Source: Trypanosoma brucei
Lineage: Eukaryota
DNA length: 64,000 nt
Reading direction: 5' to 3'
Assembly: GCA_000002445.1 (NCBI GenBank)
Contig: CH464491.1
Span: forward strand, 704,001 to 768,000
Positions 42,319-52,067 of this stretch are shown one piece after another. Each line of letters starts with the position of its first letter. Position 1 is the stretch's first letter. Both the position numbers and the translations under genes were made by a program. The notes under the pieces are model-generated. The model was not told the DNA's origin. It ran no database searches and saw nothing but the letters and a program-made list of their open reading frames with translations.

Positions 42319-43704
42319 CTACGACGTGCGTTCGACTTGGGTGGCGGCACCGTTTTCGTTTTTGGAAGTTTCCTCTCCACCTGCGCCGTTTTCTCCGGTT
42401 GCAGCCGCTTCAGGCTCCTTCACATTTTCTTGACCTTCAGTGACTTGCGCTCCTTGTGGTTTTTCGACTGCGGCTTCGCCTCCCTGGGCTGCTTCTCCCT
42501 CCTTTGGGGCCTCTCCTCCCTGAGCTGCTTCTCCCTCCTTTGGGGCCTCTCCTCCCTGAGCTGCTTCTCCCTCCTTTGGGGCCTCTCCTCCCTGAGCTGC
42601 TTCTCCCTCTTTCGGAGCTTCTCCTTCTGCTGCTGCTTCTCCCTCTTTCGGAGCTTCTCCTTCTGCCGCTGCTTCTCCCTCGGCAGGCTCCTCTGCCTTC
42701 TTCGTGGGTCTCTTAACCCGCCTTATCCTTCGCACCTTTTTGACTTCCTTCTTCTCTTCAGGATTCTCGCTGTAGAACTCATCAATTTGGTCAAAAGCGA
42801 TTTCAGCAACCCTTCTCCTGTAGCTGTTGTCGTACCTGCTGGCGAGGCGGTCAACAGCATCGTCCGTTTCCTCATTGCCGAAGTGCTCCACGTTCAGCTG
42901 CCCCAGGAGTGTTTGTGCATTGGTTGTTAGTGCGGCATTGGTTACGTTCAACCGCTGGCAAATGCTGGCATCGCGTTTGTTTGCGAGCTCCATGCTTCGG
43001 ATGTTTATCTTTAGTTTGGTGATTTCTTTCTCCGTACGCTGCTTTTCCTCCCTCACCTGCATCTGAAGCTCCTTCCGTACTTTCCGCAACTCACGTACAC
43101 GTAGAACCAACTCTGTGTTATTGATTTTGGCTTCATCAGTGTACGCCAGGGTGTCTCTCAGCTCGTCTGGTACTTCCTGTGTCTGGGCGCGCGTGAAGCG
43201 GGTACCGGCCAGTGGCTCCCCGCGGATGATGCGGGGTCCATTACGGATCTCACGCGCACACCTTGCCGTACGCTGCCGGAGTGCCTCGATGCTGCGGTGC
43301 TCTCCCTCGAGTGTCTTCTGCAGCTCAACACCGTAGGCTGCAATTTCCTCTTTACTGTGAATTTTATCCGCAGCAGCCAGGTTCTCCATCTCGGCGGGCA
43401 GTTCATCAACCACGTACGCCGCGGCGCGCTGTGCAAATCCCTCCAACCGCTGTACACGGGCGGCAAGTGGGTACACGAGGTGAGCCCCGTGCTGTTCCTC
43501 AACCTCCTGCTTAACGTCGCTGCATGATTCCCGGAGTTCCGTGGTGGTTTGCATCAAACGGAGACGTTCCAGGTGCAGTTCATCCAGATGCGGTAGGTTC
43601 TCATCACCACCAGCTCGAAGCAGGGCATTGATGCGGCTCTGAAGCCTTGCGCGTCGGGCGTCAAGTTGGTTTTGGAGCTCTTCAATTGTAACAGCGGCTG
43701 CCAT
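42319..43704 (-). CDS. Coiled-coil protein with C-terminal acidic tandem dodecapeptide repeats (EGEAAQGGEAPK)
   Basis: The track ORF starts at a GTG at 43788; the first ATG at 43702..43704 gives MAAAVTIEELQNQL. The N-terminal 300 aa have heptad-like helical character. The C-terminus contains about six 36-bp tandem repeat units at 42471..42690. Confidence 0.6.
   Translation of the reverse strand: MAAAVTIEELQNQLDARRARLQSRINALLRAGGDENLPHLDELHLERLRLMQTTTELRESCSDVKQEVEEQHGAHLVYPLAARVQRLEGFAQRAAAYVVDELPAEMENLAAADKIHSKEEIAAYGVELQKTLEGEHRSIEALRQRTARCAREIRNGPRIIRGEPLAGTRFTRAQTQEVPDELRDTLAYTDEAKINNTELVLRVRELRKVRKELQMQVREEKQRTEKEITKLKINIRSMELANKRDASICQRLNVTNAALTTNAQTLLGQLNVEHFGNEETDDAVDRLASRYDNSYRRRVAEIAFDQIDEFYSENPEEKKEVKKVRRIRRVKRPTKKAEEPAEGEAAAEGEAPKEGEAAAEGEAPKEGEAAQGGEAPKEGEAAQGGEAPKEGEAAQGGEAPKEGEAAQGGEAAVEKPQGAQVTEGQENVKEPEAAATGENGAGGEETSKNENGAATQVERTS
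42471..42690 (-). repeat. In-frame 36-bp tandem repeat of about six units, encoding EGEAA(A/Q)(E/G)GEAPK
   Basis: On the + strand the unit ctgcttctccctcctttggggcctctcctccctgag repeats three times perfectly, followed by variant units such as ctgcttctccctctttcggagcttctccttctgc(t/c)g. Confidence 0.85.
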
Positions 43705-45362
43705 AACGATCACTGTATGATTACAATCAATAGGACAACAAGCAATCAGGGTATCAACAATAATAAGAAGTGTATATTGCAAGCACACGCAACTGTTTGA
43801 TGCTATCGATGCGTGTCCGCTTTACTTATGATCCTTCACTTGATCTTCCTAGTTACTGGTACAAATAAGTTTATATTCGTGTATTCCTCAGTTCCTTAAC
43901 CTTCCCCTATTACGCCGTTTTGAGTTACTTGCTTGTAAGTAATGCGGTGAAACTTTAGTTTCGAATTATCTGGGGCACAACGCGTGCAAAAAGATATTGA
44001 GTGAAGATCGAAATACCAAAAAGAAAAGACGGTATATTTGGATGAGTTGAATGTACGTGCATGGGGGGGGGGGAGCTGTGTACATAAGTTAGGGAAGTGG
44101 GAAGCCGGGGAAAAAAGAAGTGTTAGCGTTTGATGATTTTAAAGATTATATAAGTAAATATTTGTATTTGCATACGCATATATTGTTGTTGAAACCGTCG
44201 AGCAACAAGCGATCCCATACGAAAAAGAAAAAGGATAGAAGCCGTCAGTCTTTGCTAGGTAGTACCATCCTTTTACCTTTTACCTCCAACCTCTCTTTCC
44301 TCGATTGCATAACCTGTCACTTGTGAACTGTTCACCCGTGTATAACATGTTTTAAAATATTTTTGCATTTTGCGTCGCGCGCAACTTCTCTCACTCCCCG
44401 CCCCAATCACCGACGACTCAACAGGGTAAGGAAGGAAAGGGTAGCTGCGAACACAAACAAAACGAAAAGGAACTAAGGAACGTTTCGCCGCCTAAATGAG
44501 TATTGTACCTAAACACGCATATATATATGTCCAACTTTGTCTGCTCTTCTCTTTAAAAATGGAAAAAAAGAACAAGAAAGTGATACACATACTCTCCTCT
44601 CGCATTCACTGCTTTCCTTCTCCCTGCGGTATCTCATAGTGCAGCACACTTCTGCAAAATCACGTTATCCTTACCTGTTTCCTTCTTTTTTTTTTTTAAA
44701 AAAAAAGAAAAAAACACTTTTCCTTCCCGCTCCCCACCACTCCAATGTTCCCATATTATTTTATACATTTACACGTTACGATTCATATTTGAGGCTGTGA
44801 AAAAAATATATCCACACGGATTACTACACGTGCACATATTTACATGTGTACAAACACACATCTGCGCGTATTTATTTTTTTATGTGTAAAGGCACAATTA
44901 CAATCACATACCAGCAATATCAGTCGCAGATATATTTACCACATTTTGTTTCAATCACGTCACAAACGGCAGCACCGATTCTCAATTGTATGAGACACAA
45001 AAGGAAACGGTTGGAGTGAACAGTAGCAATAATGGTGGCAACAACAATTAACTGTGAAAAAGGAAACTGCGGGGACGTCGGAGTGTCAAATGTTAATAAA
45101 AGAAGAGAGTATCAAACTTTAAGAAGAGTTTTAAAGATCCACTAACAGAAATATGCACAGACAGCGGACGGAAGAATAGAAGAGAAAAAAAAAGACGCGA
45201 AGTTTGCGTGCATCACAGTCTGTAAAGGAAAACAGAGCTACCGGGAAATATTTGAAGGGGTCCTCGCCTACTTGTAATAATGCATGCCAGAGCACCCGCA
45301 TCTTCAACCTCACTCTCCTTAGGTGAAAAAACACAAGTGAGAAGAAGCCCGTTCCCCTTTCA

Positions 45363-45387
45363 ACACACACACACACACACACACACA
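45363..45387. repeat. (AC)n microsatellite
   Basis: A (ac)12 run lies immediately 3' of the HAD-like gene. Confidence 0.9.
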
Positions 45388-45432
45388 AACATAAAATTAC
45401 CCACTAATCTTCAAATGAGGTAAATTTCCGCT

Positions 45433-47298
45433 CTATAAGTGAGCCATACTCGGGTTCATGACCGCAGCTGCCTGAGTTGCAGCTAACGGCACCGCCTCAG
45501 CAAAAGTTGAGCGCTCCAGGGGTTTCAGCTTCTGTTGGGAGTCGTCACGATTGGGAAAACCGGGTGGTACACCCAAGATATCCATTAAGCGATCGAGGAA
45601 TACAGCAGTGCCATCTTCCTCACCACCCACGTAATAAATGTTTTTGACACGACGATCATCCATCAACATCCCACGCGGCTGAGGTTCATTCTCGTCGCCG
45701 TTTGTGTTAACAACATGACACTCGGGTGCTTCATGGTTGCTATCTGCACGAGTGCAGCGTGCATCAATATATGTGTGTCGGTCCCTCCGCTGTTTTGCCT
45801 TTTCAAGTGAGATGAACCGAAGTCCAGGATGAACCGTCAGCTCATAGTCTGCCGTGTGCGGGTTATCACCCAGTGCTATGGCCTGCGTGAGATCCACAAC
45901 GCCACACAAGCCCGCTTGCATATTTTGTTGTTGTTCTGATTCATCTGTAAGGTAGCGGACGGTGGTGGACTTACAAATTCCTAGCTTCCCAAAAGCGACG
46001 CTGTTTGGTTGTGGGATGGCTGTTACGCCTACAGCAGCAAAGTAACGCTGCATCGGTTCGAAGTAAAGAGGAAATATTTTCATCGGAACCCCGAGGGCAA
46101 GCACTTGAGTGATACTCTCTTTCGATTGCTGACAAAACAGTGCATTATACATACGATTAGCGAATGCCGCCACAGCATTTCTACCACTCGAAAACGTCTT
46201 CGGTATGGTAGCACCCAGTAAATCCATGACTTTCCGCACAACAATGCACGCCGCATCTGAGTCATCGTTAAACATTTGCTTTGCGTATTCCCTTAACTGA
46301 CGGCGCTTTACTTTTTCTATATCAGATGCCTTGGCTCCACCTACCACTGACAGTGTTTCAGCTAGTGGCGCTATCTCTGCGTCCGCAACCTCAACGTGAA
46401 TAAAACCAAACATTACAAACATTTGCTTGTGCTTTCGCACGAAACTGCACTTCCACTCCGCCTCAGCAGTAGTTGCCGCCTTCCCAACATGGTTCCTTCC
46501 CGCTCGAGACTGAACCCTCGCACCCGAGTCAGCACGACCTTTTTGCTGTAACCGGTACCGCCTGTCAATGTAATCGAACACGAGACGCCACACGTTTTGG
46601 TACCGAGACGACAGTCCCAAAAAGGCGGAATGAACCCCCTTTTTCTCACCACGAATCAAATCTTCCACAAGTTCCAGGTACGTTTTCTCCAAGCGCGCGA
46701 TCAATGCACTACACCCCTGGGCAAAGCAGGTTCCTCGCACATATTCTATGTTCGTCACGTGCTTTTCTCCTTTCGAGTCCACACGTGTCGTGGTACCCTG
46801 GTCTAACTTGACGCCGTACACCTTTGCAAGTCTCCTTGAATCCTCTGTTGCGCGATGCAAAGCCTCAGTGTATCCAGGGACAAAGGAGATACCCTGCCGA
46901 CTGCAACGATATAAAACTGCACCCGTATTTAGTGAAAGGAGCAGCTGCCCACAGTAGCGGTTTGTTGCAATACTTTTGCCATCATTTTGACCGCTAACAG
47001 AACCATTTCCAGTATTACTAGGGCTCTCGCCGTCACTCTCAACACTTTCACCGCAGCTATCACTTGAATTCACACAGTACTTGTCTCTAAGGATTTCACG
47101 CAGTGGGACGTACAGCTGCTGGACAACACGTTTGTTCGCTGTAGTGATAACGCACAAATTCCCGCCGTTAGCGAGCCATCGCTTTACTGGAATTATGCAC
47201 GGACTTTCACTAAGTGTAAGATACTCTCCACGTGCCTTATGGGGCGTCGCTACAATTGTGCCATCGAAATCTGCAAGTAACCAACAGTTTTGAAGCAT
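45433..47298 (-). CDS. HAD-superfamily hydrolase-like protein of 621 aa
   Basis: The N-terminus LLADFDGTIV is a canonical HAD motif I (DxDGT). VITTA may be motif II. GDNPHTAD near residue 455 fits motif IV (GDxxxD). Large insertions separate the motifs. ATG start confirmed. Confidence 0.5.
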   Translation of the reverse strand: MLQNCWLLADFDGTIVATPHKARGEYLTLSESPCIIPVKRWLANGGNLCVITTANKRVVQQLYVPLREILRDKYCVNSSDSCGESVESDGESPSNTGNGSVSGQNDGKSIATNRYCGQLLLSLNTGAVLYRCSRQGISFVPGYTEALHRATEDSRRLAKVYGVKLDQGTTTRVDSKGEKHVTNIEYVRGTCFAQGCSALIARLEKTYLELVEDLIRGEKKGVHSAFLGLSSRYQNVWRLVFDYIDRRYRLQQKGRADSGARVQSRAGRNHVGKAATTAEAEWKCSFVRKHKQMFVMFGFIHVEVADAEIAPLAETLSVVGGAKASDIEKVKRRQLREYAKQMFNDDSDAACIVVRKVMDLLGATIPKTFSSGRNAVAAFANRMYNALFCQQSKESITQVLALGVPMKIFPLYFEPMQRYFAAVGVTAIPQPNSVAFGKLGICKSTTVRYLTDESEQQQNMQAGLCGVVDLTQAIALGDNPHTADYELTVHPGLRFISLEKAKQRRDRHTYIDARCTRADSNHEAPECHVVNTNGDENEPQPRGMLMDDRRVKNIYYVGGEEDGTAVFLDRLMDILGVPPGFPNRDDSQQKLKPLERSTFAEAVPLAATQAAAVMNPSMAHL

Positions 47299-48039
47299 TT
47301 CTAAAAATAGTAACTGCCTCCTAATATAGAAAGTAGAGAGGTATATATGTTTCCCCGTTATCCTACCTCTCTCCCTTTTTCTGTAGTTACTTTCTCTTCC
47401 TCTCTTTTTTTTTTCGCAACGATTTTAAAAAAGTAGCGCCTCACTCCTTTTTGTGCTCAACTTATGGTGGTGTTATCTGCTGGAAGATCAAGTGGAAATG
47501 TATTGACACGAATGTCTATATTTCCGTGGTACAATCTGGCACTACTTTGCTACACGCCCTATCTATACTTTTTCTGTGAGGAACTACGCGCCAAAACTTG
47601 GAACCAAGCAAAAAAAAAAATGCTCGAAGAAAGTTCATGCAAAAGCATACACACACGTACATCTAAAAAAAAAAAAAGCAGAAAGCGGTCTTACCCAGAC
47701 GTTACACAAACTCCCAACGAGTCACACATAGGGACAAAGGGAGTATATTAAAGTATAAGAAAATTAAAGCTGTGAAGTAGGATACAGTGGTAACTTGGCT
47801 TCAATTGTTAACACGTGTTTCGTGCGGTATTTCCCCTAGCACAACCCAGACTTCAAATTACTCGTCGCATATTATCCACTTGTGTACCAAGGAGACAAAA
47901 AATAATAATAATAATAATAATAATTGCATGACTATCGGCTCGGTTTCCCCACCCACATGTTTTTTTCCAAGGGTGTTCAGGTTTACACAACAACGCGATG
48001 CCGAAAACGGACACCAGTGCGAACAGTTACTCCGTTAAA

Positions 48040-50013
48040 TCATTGTTCCTTTTCTGTTGCATATCCACGCGCAATGCCATGTCGACCCTTTTCAATTTGC
48101 GTTTGCACCGGCGTCTGTCCAGTCCGCGGTTCCAAACCGACGTATGTGCGCTGATATAATCGGTCCAACGCGCTACCGCCACCATCATGCGTCATGACAG
48201 TCCCTGCCATTGTGCGTATGAGTGTTGTGCAGTCCCCCCGCAGCTCTTCCTTTCGTTTCTGTGATCCGGTGGCCTCCTCCACCTCGTTGCGGAGAAGAGG
48301 GAGAATCGAGTCGAAGGTCGTGCTAAAAACGGCGGGGTGGCCGTACAGTGGTGAATCAACATCTTCAGCACGAAGGGCAAGCAAAACCTCGACTGGGGAA
48401 ACGATAGGTTTTGGGAAACCATCTTTTTTTTCTGGAAAGTGACCTTCGCGACTGTTGGGGCATGCGATGGTCACAAAACAATCAACTGTGTCTACAAAGT
48501 TTGCGATCTTAAATTCGTTTAGATGGCCAATATAAATGATGTAGGAACGCTTGCCGTGCGCACGAAGCAGCTTGTGTAGCAACATTGTTGTCTCGTAATA
48601 CCCCGCTATGGACAACGAGGCCACAACTATCCCCACAGCAGAGGTAGCTCGAATAAGTTCAATGTTGAAAGCACGTTGTTTCGAGCGTTTATCCACCACC
48701 ATCTGCAGTTTAGCATAACCTGCATTGCGAAAACAAGTGTCACCGCTGAAAATGTCAGCAGCAATAGAATGACCATCGCCGGAGGAACAGGTGCTGAGCA
48801 CAGTCTCCAAAGTGGCATCATCAATATCACCGCGAGCTGTATCATTCAGTGGTGAGAGGAGATTGCCCCCGTCCCCAGTGAGGCCGAACGATTCATCCAT
48901 TATTATTAATGCGGGAGGAGATTCGTTGGCCTCAAACGCTACCTCACGAAGCTCTTGTGAGTAGTGGTAGAGGTTGTGTTGGTGAACATTGAGAATATGT
49001 AACGGTAGAAAGGCACTTGATGGACCGACGAACAAGAAGTACTGCAGCTCCTTTGTTCCAGCACGAGGGAACCGGACACCATTAATCACCCACGAACTAC
49101 ACTCCCCAGATGATGGGCTCCAGCTATGCGGGATGGCCGCATGAACATTAACTACCGATCCCGATGTCGAAGGTTGCTCCGGATTTGTTGTCGACTGAAC
49201 CAACTCGTAGCTGCACCACGAAACAGAAGACCCGTCAATCAATGTCACAAAATCGGGGACCGGTGTACCCGCTTGATGTCGTTCCCGCCAGCGCCGTTCG
49301 GCATCTTCCACAACATTACGCGAACGATGGCAGCCAACAACAACCAGGTTGACAGTAGCCTCGGCATCCTTCTCCCTCACTAGCGAACGAACGCGGCCAA
49401 CCAAGTATTTTTGCAGTAGCTCCACTGCTCCCAAAACCAGCCGTGCTGATAAATCTTTTTGACGCACCTGCTCTTCCTGTTGTTGAGTCACTTGTCTAGC
49501 AGTCGCAGTGAATTGAAAAGACTCCTGCACGTAGAAGACAGGGATCCTGGTAGAGCGGCTCATGCATGATTCGCCAAAGTGTATAAGACAGTCGCTGCAG
49601 TAATGCTGCGCCGTAATCTCGTCTGGACAGCACGACCCGAAGGTGTTATCTGCTACAACAAAAAAACGGATTCTGCCATCATTGTTGCTGCAGCAGCAAT
49701 CCTCTCCAACATCAGGTGATGGGGTGACACCATAAACACCTCCCACACAACGGGGATCGGATAAAAGAATGCCTTTTAGCGTTTCCACAACAGCGACGGC
49801 ATCGTCCAACAGGTCGTCCGGAAATTGCAGTGCCACCCGAAGAAATGGGCTTGCCAGTGCTTGCGTTGAAGTGGAGGAAGACAAGGAGCTTCCTGTGAGG
49901 ATAAACGACGCCACGCTATCCAGTTTGTATTGACTGCGTATTCCTTCACGGGGTTTAGGCTGCCGCCGACACATTACGGTGGCAACCGGCTTCGGCGGAG
50001 CATCGTGGTACAT
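48040..50013 (-). CDS. DPH2: Diphthamide biosynthesis protein, DPH2-like (DPH1/DPH2 family)
   Basis: VALQFPDDLL near the N-terminus and CLIHFGESCMS match the IHYGHACL motif of the family. The C-terminal KIANFVDTVDCFVTIACPNS is typical of the diphthamide synthase fold. The first codon in the track is GTG; the first ATG is at 50011..50013. Confidence 0.7.
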   Translation of the reverse strand: MYHDAPPKPVATVMCRRQPKPREGIRSQYKLDSVASFILTGSSLSSSTSTQALASPFLRVALQFPDDLLDDAVAVVETLKGILLSDPRCVGGVYGVTPSPDVGEDCCCSNNDGRIRFFVVADNTFGSCCPDEITAQHYCSDCLIHFGESCMSRSTRIPVFYVQESFQFTATARQVTQQQEEQVRQKDLSARLVLGAVELLQKYLVGRVRSLVREKDAEATVNLVVVGCHRSRNVVEDAERRWRERHQAGTPVPDFVTLIDGSSVSWCSYELVQSTTNPEQPSTSGSVVNVHAAIPHSWSPSSGECSSWVINGVRFPRAGTKELQYFLFVGPSSAFLPLHILNVHQHNLYHYSQELREVAFEANESPPALIIMDESFGLTGDGGNLLSPLNDTARGDIDDATLETVLSTCSSGDGHSIAADIFSGDTCFRNAGYAKLQMVVDKRSKQRAFNIELIRATSAVGIVVASLSIAGYYETTMLLHKLLRAHGKRSYIIYIGHLNEFKIANFVDTVDCFVTIACPNSREGHFPEKKDGFPKPIVSPVEVLLALRAEDVDSPLYGHPAVFSTTFDSILPLLRNEVEEATGSQKRKEELRGDCTTLIRTMAGTVMTHDGGGSALDRLYQRTYVGLEPRTGQTPVQTQIEKGRHGIARGYATEKEQ

Positions 50014-50606
50014 TGTCACCCCGCTTCCCACAGTCGCCTATTCCTGTCCCCTTACTAACTTTCTTCCTCCGGATTGATCCCTTTCCCCCTATATTGCGGG
50101 GTGGGGTGATGGGGCTTCAGCACTTGGCGCTGGCTGTTGTAGTAGCAGTTATTGAGTGGTGTATCAAGTTGTATGAGTTTTGAAAGGGGGGAGGAAATTA
50201 AGAAAGTTAAGGTGACGCCAGTTTGTAAAACGCTAAGCACAATTAACCAGGGTATCACAAGGGGGGAGGGGGGAAATATCCAGAAAGTTTCCGCTTCGCC
50301 GGGGAGAACACCTGAGGACACTTCTTGTTTTAATCGTTACACTTATAACTTTGGCGATACGGGGGAGGGGGTGGCGAAAGTGCGAGTGAACACGGGAAGA
50401 CGCGTCAGATTGGTAAGCGATTTAGTACGTCGTTTTCCTCCTTCCACGTTCATTCACCTATGGGACTCCTGCGCACCTGTTACAGGAGAGAAGAAGTGGG
50501 ACACGACGTGTTAAGAAGGACAGAAATCAAAGGGAAGTGTAGAGACGAAGGATCGCGTATCCGTGTCACTCTTTGTGAAGGTGTCATTTCCCCGACCACT
50601 CTTCAC

Positions 50607-52067
50607 TTACTGCACACCACTTTTCATCTTACTCCACGAAAGATGGAAAGTTGGTAGCCCCTCCCACTGCAAACCCTGTGCAAATCCATCCACTAGTTGC
50701 GGACCGCTCTCACCATACTCTTCACATCCTGTTAGCCCTTCTCCAGGGTCGGCCGTTAATGTTGTGCGGCCAAACAAATCAGATGTTGGAGGTAGTGTGT
50801 AGTATGCAATTCGCCCATCGTTCCAGTCGTGCAGTATCATGCGCGCCGTTCCCTCCTCGTCTACAACGCCACCTTGCAGCAACCGACCACGTCGTTGCCC
50901 GACAAGACGGATGAAAGACATCACATCACTAGGATCGAATGAGCCAATGCTGTAGAACAATCCCAAAGGATGTACGCCTGCCGAGAGATATTGTGAGTGC
51001 TGCTGTTGACTGGGATCGAGGGTAACCTGCGCGCAGCGTTGCAATAACCGCTGGACTGGGGTGAAGGGATCGGCCAAATCACTCACTTTCACCGCATTGC
51101 GCAGCACGACATCACCGCAGTCTTCACCAGGTGCAACCACACCTGGACAGTCCATTACACGAATATCCGAGCGCAGCTCCACCTCCGTATTACCAGTGGT
51201 AAATCCCGGCATGTTGCCCACACCAACCACATGTTTGCGCTTCAAGGCATTGATCACTGAGCTCTTTCCGACATTGGGGTATCCAATAACTCCCACCACA
51301 ATGGCCTTGCGAGCTCCGGTTTCTTCACTGGTAGCTAGTGCACGAAGGCGGCGGAACATGTTCGCCACATATGTGTGCCCACTAGCCCCTTTCGCCGTTG
51401 CGGCAAAGGGTATGCACATGATCCCCTCATGTTCCTCGAAGAAATGGACCCAGGCGTCAACAGTCTCCTTTGATGGTAGAAGATCTGCCTTATTGAGCAC
51501 CATAACCATTTTCTTTTTGTCTTCTCCGAACTGAGAGCGAATGGTGCGCTCAAGTTGGTTTAGACGGCAGCCCAGAGGGTCACGTGCATCTACCACCTGT
51601 AGAAGGACATCACTGTTTTCCACAACCTTCTGGAACTCCTTATAAAAGCGGCGTAGTGACCTATCCACGCCACGCCTCTCGACGTCGTCATCCATATCGT
51701 TTATGTTCTCTGATTCGCCTATCCACTGCTGAGGAACCTCATAGTGGTGTACCTTTTCAGCACATTGCACCGCAAGCAAAGTCATGGCCCGTCGCTCCGC
51801 TGCGACACGCGCCTCTTCATTTCCTTGCTCCTGGGGCTCCTTCTCACCGGATGCGGCAGCAATCTTGTTTGAGCCACGAAGTGCAGGAATGCTGAAAAGA
51901 CTACGATTACGATTCCGCGCCGTGCGCGTCAAATTCTGAGCTACTTTCTTTAAATCAGGTACGCCAGGGTCTTTTGTCAACTTCTTTCTTTGCTGTGGGT
52001 GGCAGTTTCGACCATGACCACCACCACCACCACCACCTTTACCATGCTTCTTAGACTGTCCACCCAT
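50607..52067 (-). CDS. Nucleolar circularly permuted GTPase, Nug1/GNL3 (nucleostemin)-like
   Basis: The G motifs are in permuted order, with G4 VLNKADLL upstream of G1 GYPNVGKSSVINAL and of DCPGVV. The N-terminus is basic and KKLTKDPGVPDLKK resembles the Nug1 N-terminal motif. The track start is a GTG at 52133; the first ATG is at 52065..52067 (MGGQSKK). Confidence 0.8.
   Translation of the reverse strand: MGGQSKKHGKGGGGGGGHGRNCHPQQRKKLTKDPGVPDLKKVAQNLTRTARNRNRSLFSIPALRGSNKIAAASGEKEPQEQGNEEARVAAERRAMTLLAVQCAEKVHHYEVPQQWIGESENINDMDDDVERRGVDRSLRRFYKEFQKVVENSDVLLQVVDARDPLGCRLNQLERTIRSQFGEDKKKMVMVLNKADLLPSKETVDAWVHFFEEHEGIMCIPFAATAKGASGHTYVANMFRRLRALATSEETGARKAIVVGVIGYPNVGKSSVINALKRKHVVGVGNMPGFTTGNTEVELRSDIRVMDCPGVVAPGEDCGDVVLRNAVKVSDLADPFTPVQRLLQRCAQVTLDPSQQQHSQYLSAGVHPLGLFYSIGSFDPSDVMSFIRLVGQRRGRLLQGGVVDEEGTARMILHDWNDGRIAYYTLPPTSDLFGRTTLTADPGEGLTGCEEYGESGPQLVDGFAQGLQWEGLPTFHLSWSKMKSGVQ
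52018..52037 (-). repeat. Coding (GGT)n trinucleotide microsatellite, encoding Gly7
   Basis: The + strand reads ccaccaccaccaccaccacc. On the minus strand this is GGT repeated and encodes GGGGGGG within the N-terminal region of the GTPase. Confidence 0.85.

Noticed and set aside
42471-42690. A CRISPR array or other prokaryotic-type repeat locus
   Set aside because: The repeats are in-frame coding minisatellites with no spacers. The window is eukaryotic (trypanosomatid), so CRISPR, operon promoters and rho-independent terminators do not apply.
42232-42930. A 232-aa plus-strand ORF over the tandem repeat region
   Set aside because: The open frame is created by the 36-bp periodicity of the repeat, which keeps all frames open. 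The sense-strand protein has coiled-coil context and an ATG start; this one does not.
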